A stretch of 64,000 bases of DNA from Gaiellales bacterium. GTDB taxonomy: Bacteria; Actinomycetota; Thermoleophilia; Gaiellales; JAICJC01. Both the position numbers and the translations under genes were made by a program. Positions within the stretch are counted from its first letter, which is position 1, and the number at the start of each line of letters is the position of its first letter. Location: assembly GCA_038212095.1 (NCBI GenBank), contig JBBQUW010000013.1:1232-65231 (forward strand). The letters are read 5' to 3'. Under the pieces are notes generated by a model. The model had not been told where the DNA came from and searched no databases. It saw only the letters and a program-made list of their open reading frames with translations. Below, in pieces: positions 25,544 through 35,452 of this stretch.

Positions 25544-26985
25544 CTCCGCCGATTGCCAGGCGGAGGATTGGCTCGTACGCTCGATGAGTGAGCAGCTACT
25601 GGCAGAACGTGCTCCTGCTGGCCGTCACCTTTGGTGCTGTCTGGCACCTGGCGTGGCATAGCCCCGAGTGATGCCGGCCGGCGCCTCCTAGAGCAAGGCG
25701 GTGGAGTCCCCCTCCTCGGCGAACCGCAGTGCACCAGGTAGGCATCACGCAGCATCGCGTCGGCGGCGGGAGCGGGCTGGAGGCAGTCGAAGTGGCCGCG
25801 CTCGTAGGTCATCACCCACGAGAGCACCTCACCCAGCGGGCCGGTCTGGTCGTACAGCGCCTCGCTCACCTCCGCCGACAGCGGCAGCTGGGCGAGCACG
25901 TCCTCCATGCGCATGTTCATGAATGCGTCCACCACCGAGAACAGCCCGACCGTGAAGTGCGCGTCCGGGTCGGGCCGGTCGATCGCTTTGGCGACCAGCT
26001 CGCACATCTTGGCGCGGATCATGGCGGTGCGAATCAGCTCGCCGGGCTGGTCGTCGATCGTCGCCAGCGTCATCAGCAGTGCCCAGCTGCGGACGTTCCG
26101 TACGCCCAGCAGCACCAGCGCCTCGCGCACCGAGTTGACCTTTCGCGGCAGCGAGAAGTAGGCCGAGTTGATCCACCGCAGCAGCCGGAAGCTCACGCCC
26201 AGGTCGGTGGTGATCGCCAGCTCGAGGTCCTCCATCTGGCAGTGCGGGTTTTGCAGAACAGCCATCAGCCGCATCTGTGTGAGGCGGTTGGACGGGATGC
26301 CTCGGCCGGCCACCGTCTTGGGCTGGCAGAAGAAGTAGCCCTGGAAGTGGTCGAAGCCGATCTGCTTGCAGTACTCGAATGTGTGGTGATCCTCGATCTT
26401 GGAGGCGATCAGCCGCACCTTGTGCGCGCGCAGCGCGTGCACCTGCTCGGCCAGCTGATCGCGGGTGAACGCCTGGACGTCGAACTTGACGAAGTGCGCG
26501 ACCTCGAGCAGCGGCAGGCTGTCCTCGCGGATCACGAAGTCGTCCAATGCGATCAGGTAGCCGAGTCCGACCAGCCGCCGCAGCTCTGTCAGCACGCTCG
26601 GGTCGAGCGCGTCATCGCGGCGCAGTTCGAGCACGACGCGGCCGGCCGGCAGCAGCGTCACGAACTCGTGCATGACGAACCCGCGGGTGGCGTTGACGAA
26701 GGCGCAGCGCCCACCCACCAGCGCGTCCAGACCGATATCGGAGAAGGTGGTGACGACCATGCTGGCGGTGGCCGCCTCGCGGTCGGTGATCTCGGCATGG
26801 TCGACGTCGGCGGCCCGGAACAGCAGCTCGTAGGCGTAGACCTCCATGTTCACGTCGTAGATCGGCTGGCGGGCGACGAAGCTCGGCGACGACGCGGCCG
26901 ATCCGGCGCTCGCGATCGCCTGTGACAGCGATGGCGGTGGCCACGACTCCAGTCGCCGTGCCTCCGACCATGCCCGCTCGATCAT
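25444..26985 (-). CDS. EAL + HDOD c-di-GMP signalling protein (YuxH-like); 3' end probably frameshifted
   Basis: EAL domain (QPIYDVNMEVYAYELLFR, KFDVQ, LIASKIEDH, FQGYFFCQP) and HDOD domain (SFRLLRWINSAYFSLPRKVNSVREALVLLG). The last ~95 codons are Arg/Pro/Ser junk overlapping the convergent gene. An alternative frame gives a natural end at 25688. Confidence 0.85.
   Translation of the reverse strand: MIERAWSEARRLESWPPPSLSQAIASAGSAASSPSFVARQPIYDVNMEVYAYELLFRAADVDHAEITDREAATASMVVTTFSDIGLDALVGGRCAFVNATRGFVMHEFVTLLPAGRVVLELRRDDALDPSVLTELRRLVGLGYLIALDDFVIREDSLPLLEVAHFVKFDVQAFTRDQLAEQVHALRAHKVRLIASKIEDHHTFEYCKQIGFDHFQGYFFCQPKTVAGRGIPSNRLTQMRLMAVLQNPHCQMEDLELAITTDLGVSFRLLRWINSAYFSLPRKVNSVREALVLLGVRNVRSWALLMTLATIDDQPGELIRTAMIRAKMCELVAKAIDRPDPDAHFTVGLFSVVDAFMNMRMEDVLAQLPLSAEVSEALYDQTGPLGEVLSWVMTYERGHFDCLQPAPAADAMLRDAYLVHCGSPRRGTPPPCSRRRRPASLGAMPRQVPDSTKGDGQQEHVLPVAAHSSSVRANPPPGNRRSYSSSSSASSSWKRSRAPIRPTLSTFVSSWRLL
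25544..25565 (+). terminator. Hairpin CTCCGCC-GATTGCCA-GGCGGAG immediately after the stop codon
   Basis: A 7-bp GC-rich stem starts 1 nt after TAG 25541-25543. Confidence 0.3.
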
Positions 26986-27118
26986 GCCATCCCCCCTTGG
27001 ACGCCCACCTTCACATAATCGGCCATCGGTGGAGCCGTGGGATCACCCGTTTGGCACGCGCTGTCACCTGATTGCGGTAGCGGCCATCGAACCGGCCCCA
27101 CCCGTCGTCCAAGCGTGC

Positions 27119-27529
27119 ATGGGTGACCCCCGCAGGCAGTTCGACTTCTGGCTCGGCGAGTGGCGCTGCTCATGGGACGGCGGCGAGGGGAGAAATACTG
27201 TCGACGCGATCTGCGATGGCCGGGTGATCCGCGAATCGTTCGATGCCTCAGCGGACGCGCTGGTCGGCACCAGCATCTCGCTGTACGACGAGGCGGCCGA
27301 TCGCTGGGTGCAGACGTGGATGGACAGCCAGGGATCGTGGTTCCACCTGCGCGGCCAGTTCCGGGATGGGGCGATGGAGCTGTTCACGACAGAGCCGGAC
27401 GCCAACGGCGAGACGAAGCGGATGCGTTTTCACGACATCGGCCGAGACGGCTTCACCTGGACGTGGTCGAGCGCGCCCGCCGCCGGCGAGTGGTCGCAGC
27501 TGTGGCAGATCGGCTACCGCAGAGCCTGA
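27119..27529 (+). CDS. Small conserved protein (DUF1579-like), unknown function
   Basis: ATG 27119 inside track ORF 26984..27529. FDFWLGEWRCSW N-terminal motif with a beta-rich remainder. The family name is from memory only. Confidence 0.45.
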   Translation: MGDPRRQFDFWLGEWRCSWDGGEGRNTVDAICDGRVIRESFDASADALVGTSISLYDEAADRWVQTWMDSQGSWFHLRGQFRDGAMELFTTEPDANGETKRMRFHDIGRDGFTWTWSSAPAAGEWSQLWQIGYRRA

Positions 27530-27571
27530 GCGGGGCGGCCGCGCGGCCGGACAACTACGATCCCGGCCAGC

Positions 27572-28603
27572 ATGCGAGCACTGGTGAAGAGCCGCGCCGA
27601 GCCCGGCCTGTGGCTCGAGGACGTACCCGAGCCCGATCACGGCATCAACGACGTGCTGATCCGTGTGCACCGGACGGGCATCTGCGGCACCGACGTCCAC
27701 ATCGAGCGGTGGGATGCCTGGGCGCAGCGCACGATCCCGGTGCCGCTGGTGATCGGCCACGAGTTCGTGGGCGAGATCGTCGCGGTGGGGGCGAACGTCA
27801 ACGACTTCCACATCGGCGACCTTGTCAGCGGCGAGGGGCATGTCGTCTGCGGCCGCTGCCGCAACTGCATGGCCGGACGCCGCCACCTGTGCGCGCATAC
27901 GCAGGGCGTGGGCGTCGACCGGCCGGGAGCATTCGCGCAGCTGATCGCACTGCCGATGACCAACATCTGGCACCACGGTGCGGCGATTGACGAGGATGTG
28001 GCCGCCATCTTCGATCCGTTCGGCAACGCCGTCCACACCGCGCTGGCCTTTCCCGTGCTGGGCGAGGATGTCCTGATAACCGGCGCCGGGCCGATCGGCT
28101 GCATGGCGGCCGCCGTCGTCCGTCACGCCGGCGCACGCCACATCGTCGTCAGCGATCCCAACGAGTACCGCCGTGAGCTTGCCTCCGTCATGGGCGCCAC
28201 CCGCGTTATCGATCCCGGCAGCAGCGACCTGGCCGAGGTGCAGGCCGATCTGGGCATGAGCGAGGGCTTCGACGTCGCGCTCGAGATGTCCGGTAGCCCG
28301 GCCGCTCTGCGCGCCATGCTGGCGAACATGTCGCACGGCGGGCGGATCGCGATGCTCGGTATACCCAGCGAGGAGATCGCGATCGACTGGACGCAGGTGG
28401 TGTTCAACATGCTCACCGTCCGCGGCATCTACGGCCGCGAGATGTACGAGACCTGGTATCAGATGACGGTGATGCTGCAGTCGGGGCTTGACATCGCGCC
28501 GGTGATCACGCACCGACTGCCGTTCGATCAGTTCGCCGAGGGCTTCGCGATCGCCGGATCGGGCCGCTCTGGCAAGGTTGTGCTGGACTGGACGGAGGCG
28601 TAG
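27572..28603 (+). CDS. tdh: L-threonine 3-dehydrogenase
   Basis: Zn-ADH motifs [17 protein letters not shown] and [15 protein letters not shown], the GAGPIG NAD site, and adjacency to kbl. Confidence 0.9.
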   Translation: MRALVKSRAEPGLWLEDVPEPDHGINDVLIRVHRTGICGTDVHIERWDAWAQRTIPVPLVIGHEFVGEIVAVGANVNDFHIGDLVSGEGHVVCGRCRNCMAGRRHLCAHTQGVGVDRPGAFAQLIALPMTNIWHHGAAIDEDVAAIFDPFGNAVHTALAFPVLGEDVLITGAGPIGCMAAAVVRHAGARHIVVSDPNEYRRELASVMGATRVIDPGSSDLAEVQADLGMSEGFDVALEMSGSPAALRAMLANMSHGGRIAMLGIPSEEIAIDWTQVVFNMLTVRGIYGREMYETWYQMTVMLQSGLDIAPVITHRLPFDQFAEGFAIAGSGRSGKVVLDWTEA

Positions 28604-29785
28604 GTGGACGCCGGCCTTCGAGATGATCTGCGGGGACGGTTGGACGAGTTGCGAGCGGCCGGCCTGTACAAATCTGAGCACGTGATACAGACGCCCCAGG
28701 CGGCACACGTCGACGTGGCCGGCCGCGGCGAGGTGCTGAACCTGTGCGCGAACAACTACCTCGGTCTGGCCGACCATCCCGAGATCGTGGCCGCCGCGCA
28801 GGCTGCGCTCGAGCGATGGGGCTACGGGATGGCCTCGGTGCGCTTCATCTGCGGCACCCAGCAGGTGCACCGCGACCTCGAACGGCGGCTGGCCGAGTTC
28901 CTCGGCATGCCCGATGCGATCCTCTACGGCTCGTGCTTCGATGCCAACGGCGGGCTGTTCGAGGCGCTGCTGGGCGCCGAGGATGCGATCATCTCCGACG
29001 CCCTCAACCACGCCTCGATCATCGACGGCATCCGGCTCTGCAAGGCGCAGCGGCTGCGCTACGCCAACCGAGACATGCAGCAGTTGAAGCAGCGTCTGGT
29101 CGAGTCGGCAGGTGCCCGCCACCGGCTGATCGCCACCGACGGCGTGTTCTCGATGGACGGCCACGTCGCCGATCTGTCCGCGATCTGCGATCTGGCCGAG
29201 CGCCACGACGCGCTGGTGATGGTGGATGACTCGCACGCCGTCGGCTTCGTCGGCGCCGGCGGCCGCGGCACCCACGAGCTGCACGATGTGATCGGCCGCG
29301 TCGACATCATCACGGGCACCCTGGGCAAGGCGATGGGCGGCGCCAGCGGTGGCTACGTGGCGGCCTCGGCAGAAGTGGTCGAGCTGCTGCGCCAGCGGTC
29401 GCGGCCCTACCTGTTCTCGAACAGCCTGGCACCGCCGATCGTCGGCGCATCCCTGAAGGCGCTCGACCTGATCGAGGGGTCGGACGAGCCGCGCCGCCGG
29501 CTGCGCGAGAACACCGCCCACTTCCGTCGCAGGATGACCGAGCTCGAGTTCGAGATCCTGCCCGGCGATCATCCGATCGTGCCCGTGATGATGGGCGACG
29601 CCGCTCGCGCCGCACGGTTGGCCGAGGGGCTGATCACTCGCGGCGTGTACGCGGTCAGCTTCTCGTACCCTGTGGTGCCTCAGGGGGCGGCCCGCATCCG
29701 CACCCAGATGTCGGCCGCGCACACGATCGCCGACATCGATTTCGCGGTCGAGCAGTTTATCGCCGCGCGCGCCGAAATGGCGTGA
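28604..29785 (+). CDS. kbl: 2-amino-3-ketobutyrate CoA ligase (glycine C-acetyltransferase)
   Basis: [27 protein letters not shown] and GTLGKAMGG (PLP lysine). It starts directly after the tdh stop. Confidence 0.9.
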   Translation: MDAGLRDDLRGRLDELRAAGLYKSEHVIQTPQAAHVDVAGRGEVLNLCANNYLGLADHPEIVAAAQAALERWGYGMASVRFICGTQQVHRDLERRLAEFLGMPDAILYGSCFDANGGLFEALLGAEDAIISDALNHASIIDGIRLCKAQRLRYANRDMQQLKQRLVESAGARHRLIATDGVFSMDGHVADLSAICDLAERHDALVMVDDSHAVGFVGAGGRGTHELHDVIGRVDIITGTLGKAMGGASGGYVAASAEVVELLRQRSRPYLFSNSLAPPIVGASLKALDLIEGSDEPRRRLRENTAHFRRRMTELEFEILPGDHPIVPVMMGDAARAARLAEGLITRGVYAVSFSYPVVPQGAARIRTQMSAAHTIADIDFAVEQFIAARAEMA

Positions 29786-29827
29786 CAGATGCGGTAGTCT
29801 CGGCCTCCCACGATCACGGGAGGAGCC

Positions 29828-30439
29828 ATGAGTTGGGTGCTAGAGGGCGAGTATCTGGAGAACTGCAGCTGTGATGTGCTTTGTCCCTGCATCACCTCAT
29901 CGCTGCAGGGAGCGGCCGACACGGAGCGCTGCGTCGTGCCTCTCGCGATGCGAATCGGGCACGGCTCCTCGGGAGACGTGACGTTGGACGGCTTCTGCGC
30001 GATCCTGGTCTGTGATACGCCGCAGGTGATGGGCGAGGGCAATTGGCGGGTCGCGGTCTACATCGATGAGCGCGCCGACGAGGCACAGCGCGCCGCCCTG
30101 GTGGGCATCCTGTCCGGTGCCCAGGGCGGGCCGCCGGTGATGCTGGCGGGACTGGTGGGGGAGATGCTGGGCGTCCACTTCGTACCCATCGAGTGGCAGT
30201 CAGACGGGTTGCATCGGCGAGTCGCCGTTCCCGGCATCATGGAGTTCTCGGTCGACGGCCTAACGGCGCCCAATTCCGACCAGGTGATCGAGATCACGAA
30301 TGTCTTCCACCCGATGGGCTCGAACCTGCCGGTCGCGGTCAGCCGCAGGGGCGTCTTCGATCATGGCGACAGCGGGATCGCGGCGTTCGATCACACCGGC
30401 AAGAACGGGCACTACCGTGACTTTTCCTGGGCGGCGTAG
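29828..30439 (+). CDS. DUF1326 family protein (copy 1)
   Basis: N-terminal YLENCSCDVLCPC motif and ~200 aa length. Confidence 0.75.
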   Translation: MSWVLEGEYLENCSCDVLCPCITSSLQGAADTERCVVPLAMRIGHGSSGDVTLDGFCAILVCDTPQVMGEGNWRVAVYIDERADEAQRAALVGILSGAQGGPPVMLAGLVGEMLGVHFVPIEWQSDGLHRRVAVPGIMEFSVDGLTAPNSDQVIEITNVFHPMGSNLPVAVSRRGVFDHGDSGIAAFDHTGKNGHYRDFSWAA

Positions 30440-31193
30440 CGCCGGAGCGGCGGTACCGGTCACCGCGCTGCTGGTGCTGGCGGGTGTGGCCTGGCTGGTG
30501 GTCGTCCGGCAGGCGTCGGGGATGCGCTCAGCCCCAGGCACGATGGGCTTCCACCTGGTCGGCTTCCTCGTGCTGTGGACGGTGATGATGGCGGCGATGA
30601 TGTTGCCCGCGGTGGCACCGGTGTACGCGATGTACGCCCGCGTGATCGAGCGGCAGGCCACGCCTGCGGTGCGGGCGCTGCGGCTGGGCGGGCTCGTCTC
30701 GGGCTACCTGCTGGCGTGGACGGCGTTCGGCTTGCTGGCCTTCGTGGCCGCCGACCTGGCCGGAAGGCTGGCCGATCGCGAGCCGCGGCTGGCGGTGTGG
30801 GTCGGCGCCGGACTGCTTGCCGCCGCCGGCCTCTACCAGCTCACGCCGGTCAAGGATCGCTGCCTCGCGCACGGCCGCTCGCCGCTCTCGCTGCTGATGC
30901 ATCTGGGCAGCTACCGGGGCCGGCTGCGCGACGTACGCGCCGGCATCTACCACGGCGGCTACTGCGTCGGCTGTTGCTGGGGGCTGATGGTGGCGCTGAT
31001 CGCGCTGGGCGTGATGGATCTGCGCTGGATGGCGCTGCTGGCCGGCGTGATCGTGCTGGAGAAGCTGTGGCGGCATGGCAAGGCGCTGTCCTATGCGGTC
31101 GGTGTGGCGCTTCTCGGCCTGGCGGCGCTGGCGCCATCCCATCCGGCCCTGATTCCCGGCTTACACGCCGCGCACACGATGACCAGCATGTAG
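30417..31193 (+). CDS. DUF2182 family predicted metal-binding integral membrane protein
   Basis: LWTVMMAAMMLPAVAP and HGGYCVGCCWGLMVAL. Start taken at GTG 30417 (overlaps the upstream gene); a later GTG ~30474 is possible. Confidence 0.7.
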   Translation: MTFPGRRSAGAAVPVTALLVLAGVAWLVVVRQASGMRSAPGTMGFHLVGFLVLWTVMMAAMMLPAVAPVYAMYARVIERQATPAVRALRLGGLVSGYLLAWTAFGLLAFVAADLAGRLADREPRLAVWVGAGLLAAAGLYQLTPVKDRCLAHGRSPLSLLMHLGSYRGRLRDVRAGIYHGGYCVGCCWGLMVALIALGVMDLRWMALLAGVIVLEKLWRHGKALSYAVGVALLGLAALAPSHPALIPGLHAAHTMTSM

Positions 31194-31233
31194 CCGGCCA
31201 CCGGCCGGGTGCACCGAACCAGGAGGAGTGGAA

Positions 31234-31881
31234 ATGAGCGAAGGCAACGGGGTCAACTGGCGGCTGGTGGGCGAGGAGGTGTCCAGCTGCAACTGCGACT
31301 GGGGCTGTCCCTGCCAGTTCAACGCCCGCCCCACCCACGGCCAGTGCGAGGCGATCATCAGCGTGAACATCCACGAGGGCCACTACGGCGACACCGCGAT
31401 GGGCGGTTTGCGGTTCTCCCGGGTGATGTGGTGGCCGGGGGCGGTGCACGAGGGCGGTGGAGTACGTCAGCTGATAGTCGATTCCGGTGCCGATGCCGCT
31501 CAGCTGGCGGCCATCGACGGGCTCGAGAGCGATTTCGACAGCCATCCCTTCTTCGGCATCTACGGCTCGATGGCGCCGACTCGCTACGACACCGTCACGG
31601 CACCGATCGAGTTCGAGCTCGACCGCGAGAGTCGCGTGGCACGAGTCAGCATTGGCGAGATCGCCGAGGTGCGAGTGGAGCCGATCCGAAACCCGGTCAC
31701 GGGCATTGAGCATCGCGCTCGCATCGACCTTCCCAACGGGTTCGAGTACCGCCAGGCCGAGATGGGCAACACCGTCAGTGTCAAGATCGCGCTGCGCGAG
31801 CCGCTGGCGCTGGTGTTCGAGAACAGCTACGGCCAGCTGGCGCCGGTCGAGTGGAGCGGCGTGCAGGGAGCAGCGGCCTAG
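31234..31881 (+). CDS. DUF1326 family protein (copy 2)
   Basis: AGGAGG lies 9 nt upstream of ATG 31234. Contains the EVSSCNCDWGCPCQF motif. Confidence 0.75.
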   Translation: MSEGNGVNWRLVGEEVSSCNCDWGCPCQFNARPTHGQCEAIISVNIHEGHYGDTAMGGLRFSRVMWWPGAVHEGGGVRQLIVDSGADAAQLAAIDGLESDFDSHPFFGIYGSMAPTRYDTVTAPIEFELDRESRVARVSIGEIAEVRVEPIRNPVTGIEHRARIDLPNGFEYRQAEMGNTVSVKIALREPLALVFENSYGQLAPVEWSGVQGAAA

Positions 31882-31893
31882 CGCCCGGCTCGG

Positions 31894-34525
31894 TCACCAC
31901 GTCTTGGCCGCACGCACCTCGCTGCGTGGCGACACGCGCGCCCGGCAGTCCACGATCACGCAGCCCTCGCCGCGCGCGATCACCGGGTTCATGTCCAGCT
32001 CGGCCAGCTCGGGCAGGTCCTCGGCCAGCGCCGAGAGCCGCAGCAGCAGGTCGGACAGCGCGTGCGCGTCGGCGGCCGGAGCGCCGCGGAACCCTGCCAC
32101 CAGCCGGCCCGCCTTGCCGCTGGTGACCATCTCGTCCGCGTCGACGTCGGTGATCGGCACGATCCGAAATGACGCCTCTCCGATCAGCTCGGCCAGCACG
32201 CCGCCCGGGCCAAACGCGACCAGCGGCCCGAACACCGGATCCTGCAGCAGGCCGGCCAGCAGCTCGACACCGCCGACGACCATCTGCTGGACGATGACCG
32301 GTGCCGCCATCGCGGTCGCGGCGGCGAGCACGGCCGGCTCGTCGGCCAGCCCCAGCGCCACGCCCTGCCGCTCGGTCTTGTGCGCGCCCGGCTCGGCCAG
32401 CTTGACCGCCACCGGGAAGCGCAGCTCGGCGGCACACAGAGCGGCCTCCTGCGGCGTGTCGGCCAGCCGCTGCGCGACCATCGGCAGGCCGTAGCAGCCG
32501 AGCAGGTCGCGGATCTGATCGGCGCCCAGCCACTCATCACCGGCGGCCAGCGCGTGGTCGACCAGCGCCCGGGCGTCGGCTGGCCGGATCCCGTCCGGCC
32601 GCAGCGCCATGCCGGAGGGACGCCGCAGCCACTCGCTCCGCTGCACCGCCCGGCCGAGCGCGCGGGCCGCTGACTCGGGGTAGGAGAAACCGCTCACGGG
32701 TGACCCCGGACGCGCGAAGGCGGCCGGCGGCCCGGACGCGGTCATGGTCACCGCCAGCACCGGCTTGGTCGATCCGGCTGCCGCGTCGGCGACGGCGGCG
32801 GCAACGGCGTCGGCACCGGCCGGTGCAGCGGGCGCGAACAGCACGATGATCGAGTCCAGCTCCGGGTCGGCCAGCAGCGCCGGCAGCACGGCCGCGTATG
32901 CCGCCGGCGTCGCCGACCCGAGCATGTCGATCGGGTTGGCCAGGCTGGCCTCGGCCGGAAGCAGCGGGCGCAGCAGCTCGACGGTGGCCGGCGAGGGCGT
33001 TGGCAGCGTCAGGCCGGCGGCATCGCACGCGTCGGCGCACAGGATGCCCAGGCCGCCGGCGTTCGTCACCACGCCCACCCGGTTGCCGGCCGGCAGTGGC
33101 TGCGCCGCCAGCAGCGTCGCGACGTCCATCACCTCATCGAGCGTGCCCATCCGCAGCACGCCGGCCTCGCGGAACAGCGCCTCGACCGCCGCGTCCGATC
33201 CGGCCAGCGCGGCCGTGTGCGACCCCGCCGCCCGCGCTCCGGCGCTGCTGACACCGCTCTTCAACGCCAGCACCGGCTTCTTGCGTGCCACCCTGCGAGC
33301 GACGCGGGCGAACTTGCGCGGGTTGCCGAACGACTCCACGTAGATCAGCAGCAGCCGCGTCGCCTCGTCGTCCTCCCAGTACTCGAGCAGGTCGTTGCTC
33401 GAGATGTCGGCCTTGTTGCCGATCGAGACGAAGCCGGACAGACCGATGCCGCGCGACGCCGCCTGCTCGAGCAGCGCCAGGCCGAGCGCGCCGCTCTGGG
33501 ACGAGAAGCCGATCGATCCGGCCGGGAACCCGCGCGGGGCGAAGGTGGCGTTGACGCCCGCCGCCGGCACGGCGATGCCGAGACAATTGGGGCCGAGCAG
33601 CCGGGCGCCGTACTGGCGCACCAGCTCCAGCAGCTGTCGCTGCAGCTCCACCCCGTCGGTGCCCATCTCGGCGAAGCCGGCGGAGATCACGCACACGGCT
33701 CGTGTCCCCGCTCGCAGCGCCTGCTCGGTAACCTCGAGCACGTGCGCCGATGGCACACAGACGACCGCCAGATCGATCAGCCGCCCCACGTCGTCCAGCG
33801 AGCGGTACGCGGGTACGCCGGCCACCGGCTCGCCGCGCAGGTTGATCGGGTACACCGCGCCGGGGAAGTCGGCCGCCAGCATGTTGCGCACGAGCGAGTT
33901 GCCGATCGTGCCGGCGCGCGCGGATGCGCCGAACACGGCCACCGTTCCGGGATGGAAGAAGGGTTTGAGCGACCTCACGGTGGCGGCGTGGTCGCGCTGG
34001 TCGACGCGTGCCACGTAGGCCGCGGTGGGCGCAATCGGGAAGCGCATCTCCGCGGTGCCGCGGTCGGCGTGCCGGGTGACCTCGAAACCGGCGTTGCGGA
34101 ACACCGACATCATCACCTCGTTGGAGAGGTCGACAACGCCCACGAACTGTTCGACGCCGGCCGCACCCGCCGTCTCTGCCAGCTGTTCCAGCAGGCGGGT
34201 CGCGACGCCGTTTCCCTGCATCGGGTCGGCCACGGCAAAGGCCACCTCGGCCGTGCGCGGATCGCGCAGGCGGTCGAACGTCCCCACCGCCACCACGCGG
34301 TGCTCGCGGATGCCGATCAGCGCCACCCGTTCGACCTGCGGCCTCGATGTAGCGATCGACCATCTCCCATCCCACCAGCCGGCTGTCGCCGAACCGCAAC
34401 CGGAGGCTCTCCGCCGACAGCTCCGAGAAGAAGTCGCGCGCGGACTCGCGGTCGGAGGCCAGCGAGCGTCGCAGCCGCAGCGTGCTGCCGTCCCGGAGGA
34501 TCACGTCGCGGACGGTGGGATCCAT
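31894..34525 (-). CDS. GNAT + NDP-forming acyl-CoA synthetase-like protein (actinobacterial Pat-type protein acetyltransferase); frameshifted as sequenced
   Basis: Track ORF 31894..34326 has CoA-binding (VAVFGASARAGTIGN), ligase and ATP-grasp parts plus only the second half of a GNAT (QGNGVATRLLEQL). The first GNAT half (MDPTVRDVILRDGSTLRLRR...SAESLRLRFG) is in another frame, from ATG 34525. Confidence 0.8.
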
Positions 34526-34585
34526 ACCCCGACCATAGACCTTTCCGCCAACCGTGCGGCCCGCTCGCACTACGCTTGCGAGACC

Positions 34586-34891
34586 GTGCTCGAGCTGCGT
34601 CCCAACTGCGAGCTGTGCGACCGAGACTTGCCGCCGCTGGCCGATGCCCGCATCTGCAGCTACGAGTGCACGTTCTGTGTCGACTGCGCCGAGAACCGGC
34701 TCCACAACGTCTGTCCGAACTGCGGAGGCGGGTTCGTGCCGCGGCCGCTGCGGCCTGCTGGTGCCTGGCGCGAGGCTACCGGTCTGGCCGCCGACCCAGC
34801 GGGCACGCGGCGTCGCCGGTCACGCTACAGCGACGCCGCGATCGACGAGCTGGTGGCCCGGCTCGCCGCCGTCGATCCGGCCGATCGCTAG
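34586..34891 (+). CDS. DUF1272 zinc-ribbon protein
   Basis: GTG 34586 gives VLELRPNCELCDRDLPP...ICSYECTFCVDCAENRLHNVCPNCGGGFVPRPLRP. Confidence 0.75.
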   Translation: MLELRPNCELCDRDLPPLADARICSYECTFCVDCAENRLHNVCPNCGGGFVPRPLRPAGAWREATGLAADPAGTRRRRSRYSDAAIDELVARLAAVDPADR

Positions 34892-34908
34892 GTCACTTGG
34901 TCGCGGTG

Positions 34909-35406
34909 CTACTCCTCGCGCTCGTATGAGCCGGGCTGCCAGGCGCGGGTGCTGACCGCGATCGCGTTCCAGGCGTTGATGGCGACGATCATTGCGACGA
35001 GTGCCGCCATCTCGTCCTCGTTGAGGTGCGTGGCCACCTCGTCGTAGATCTCGCGCGGCACGTGATCGCGCGCCAGCAGCGTTACCGCCTCGGTGAAGGC
35101 CAGTACCGCGCGTTCGCGGGCGGTGAAAAACGGCGTCTCGCGCCAGGCAGGCAGGGCGTAGATGCGCTGTTCGGTCTCGCCGATCGCGCGGGCGTCCTTG
35201 GTGTGCATGTCGATGCAGTACCCGCAGCCGTTGATCTGGGAGGCGCGGATCCGCACCAGCTCGCGCAGGCGGTGGTCGAAACCGACCAGGTCAAGCTGTT
35301 TGATCGCGGCGCCGTCGAGCTGACCCATGGCGCGCGAGAAGATTGCGGCGTGCTGGTCGAAGTCGAGCCGGACGGTGATCTCTGAGGTGGTATCGGCAGA
35401 TGTCAT
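34909..35406 (-). CDS. Carboxymuconolactone decarboxylase/AhpD-like family protein
   Basis: ATG 35406. Contains the ASQINGCGYCIDMH (CxxC..H) core motif. Confidence 0.8.
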   Translation of the reverse strand: MTSADTTSEITVRLDFDQHAAIFSRAMGQLDGAAIKQLDLVGFDHRLRELVRIRASQINGCGYCIDMHTKDARAIGETEQRIYALPAWRETPFFTARERAVLAFTEAVTLLARDHVPREIYDEVATHLNEDEMAALVAMIVAINAWNAIAVSTRAWQPGSYEREE

Positions 35407-35452
35407 GGGGAGATCGTACCCGAGCAATGGCCCGTGGTTATGATCCATTCCT

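Noticed and set aside
27248-29722. 824-aa minus-strand ORF spanning tdh and kbl
   Set aside because: It is antisense to two genes with textbook motifs. Its product is Arg/Gly/Ala/His-rich with no recognisable motif. This is a typical stop-poor antisense frame in high-GC DNA.
33134-34705. 523-aa minus ORF as an independent gene
   Set aside because: Only codons from ATG 34525 to about 34327 look real, forming the N-terminal half of the Pat-like GNAT domain. Downstream it is an out-of-frame read-through of the Pat gene.
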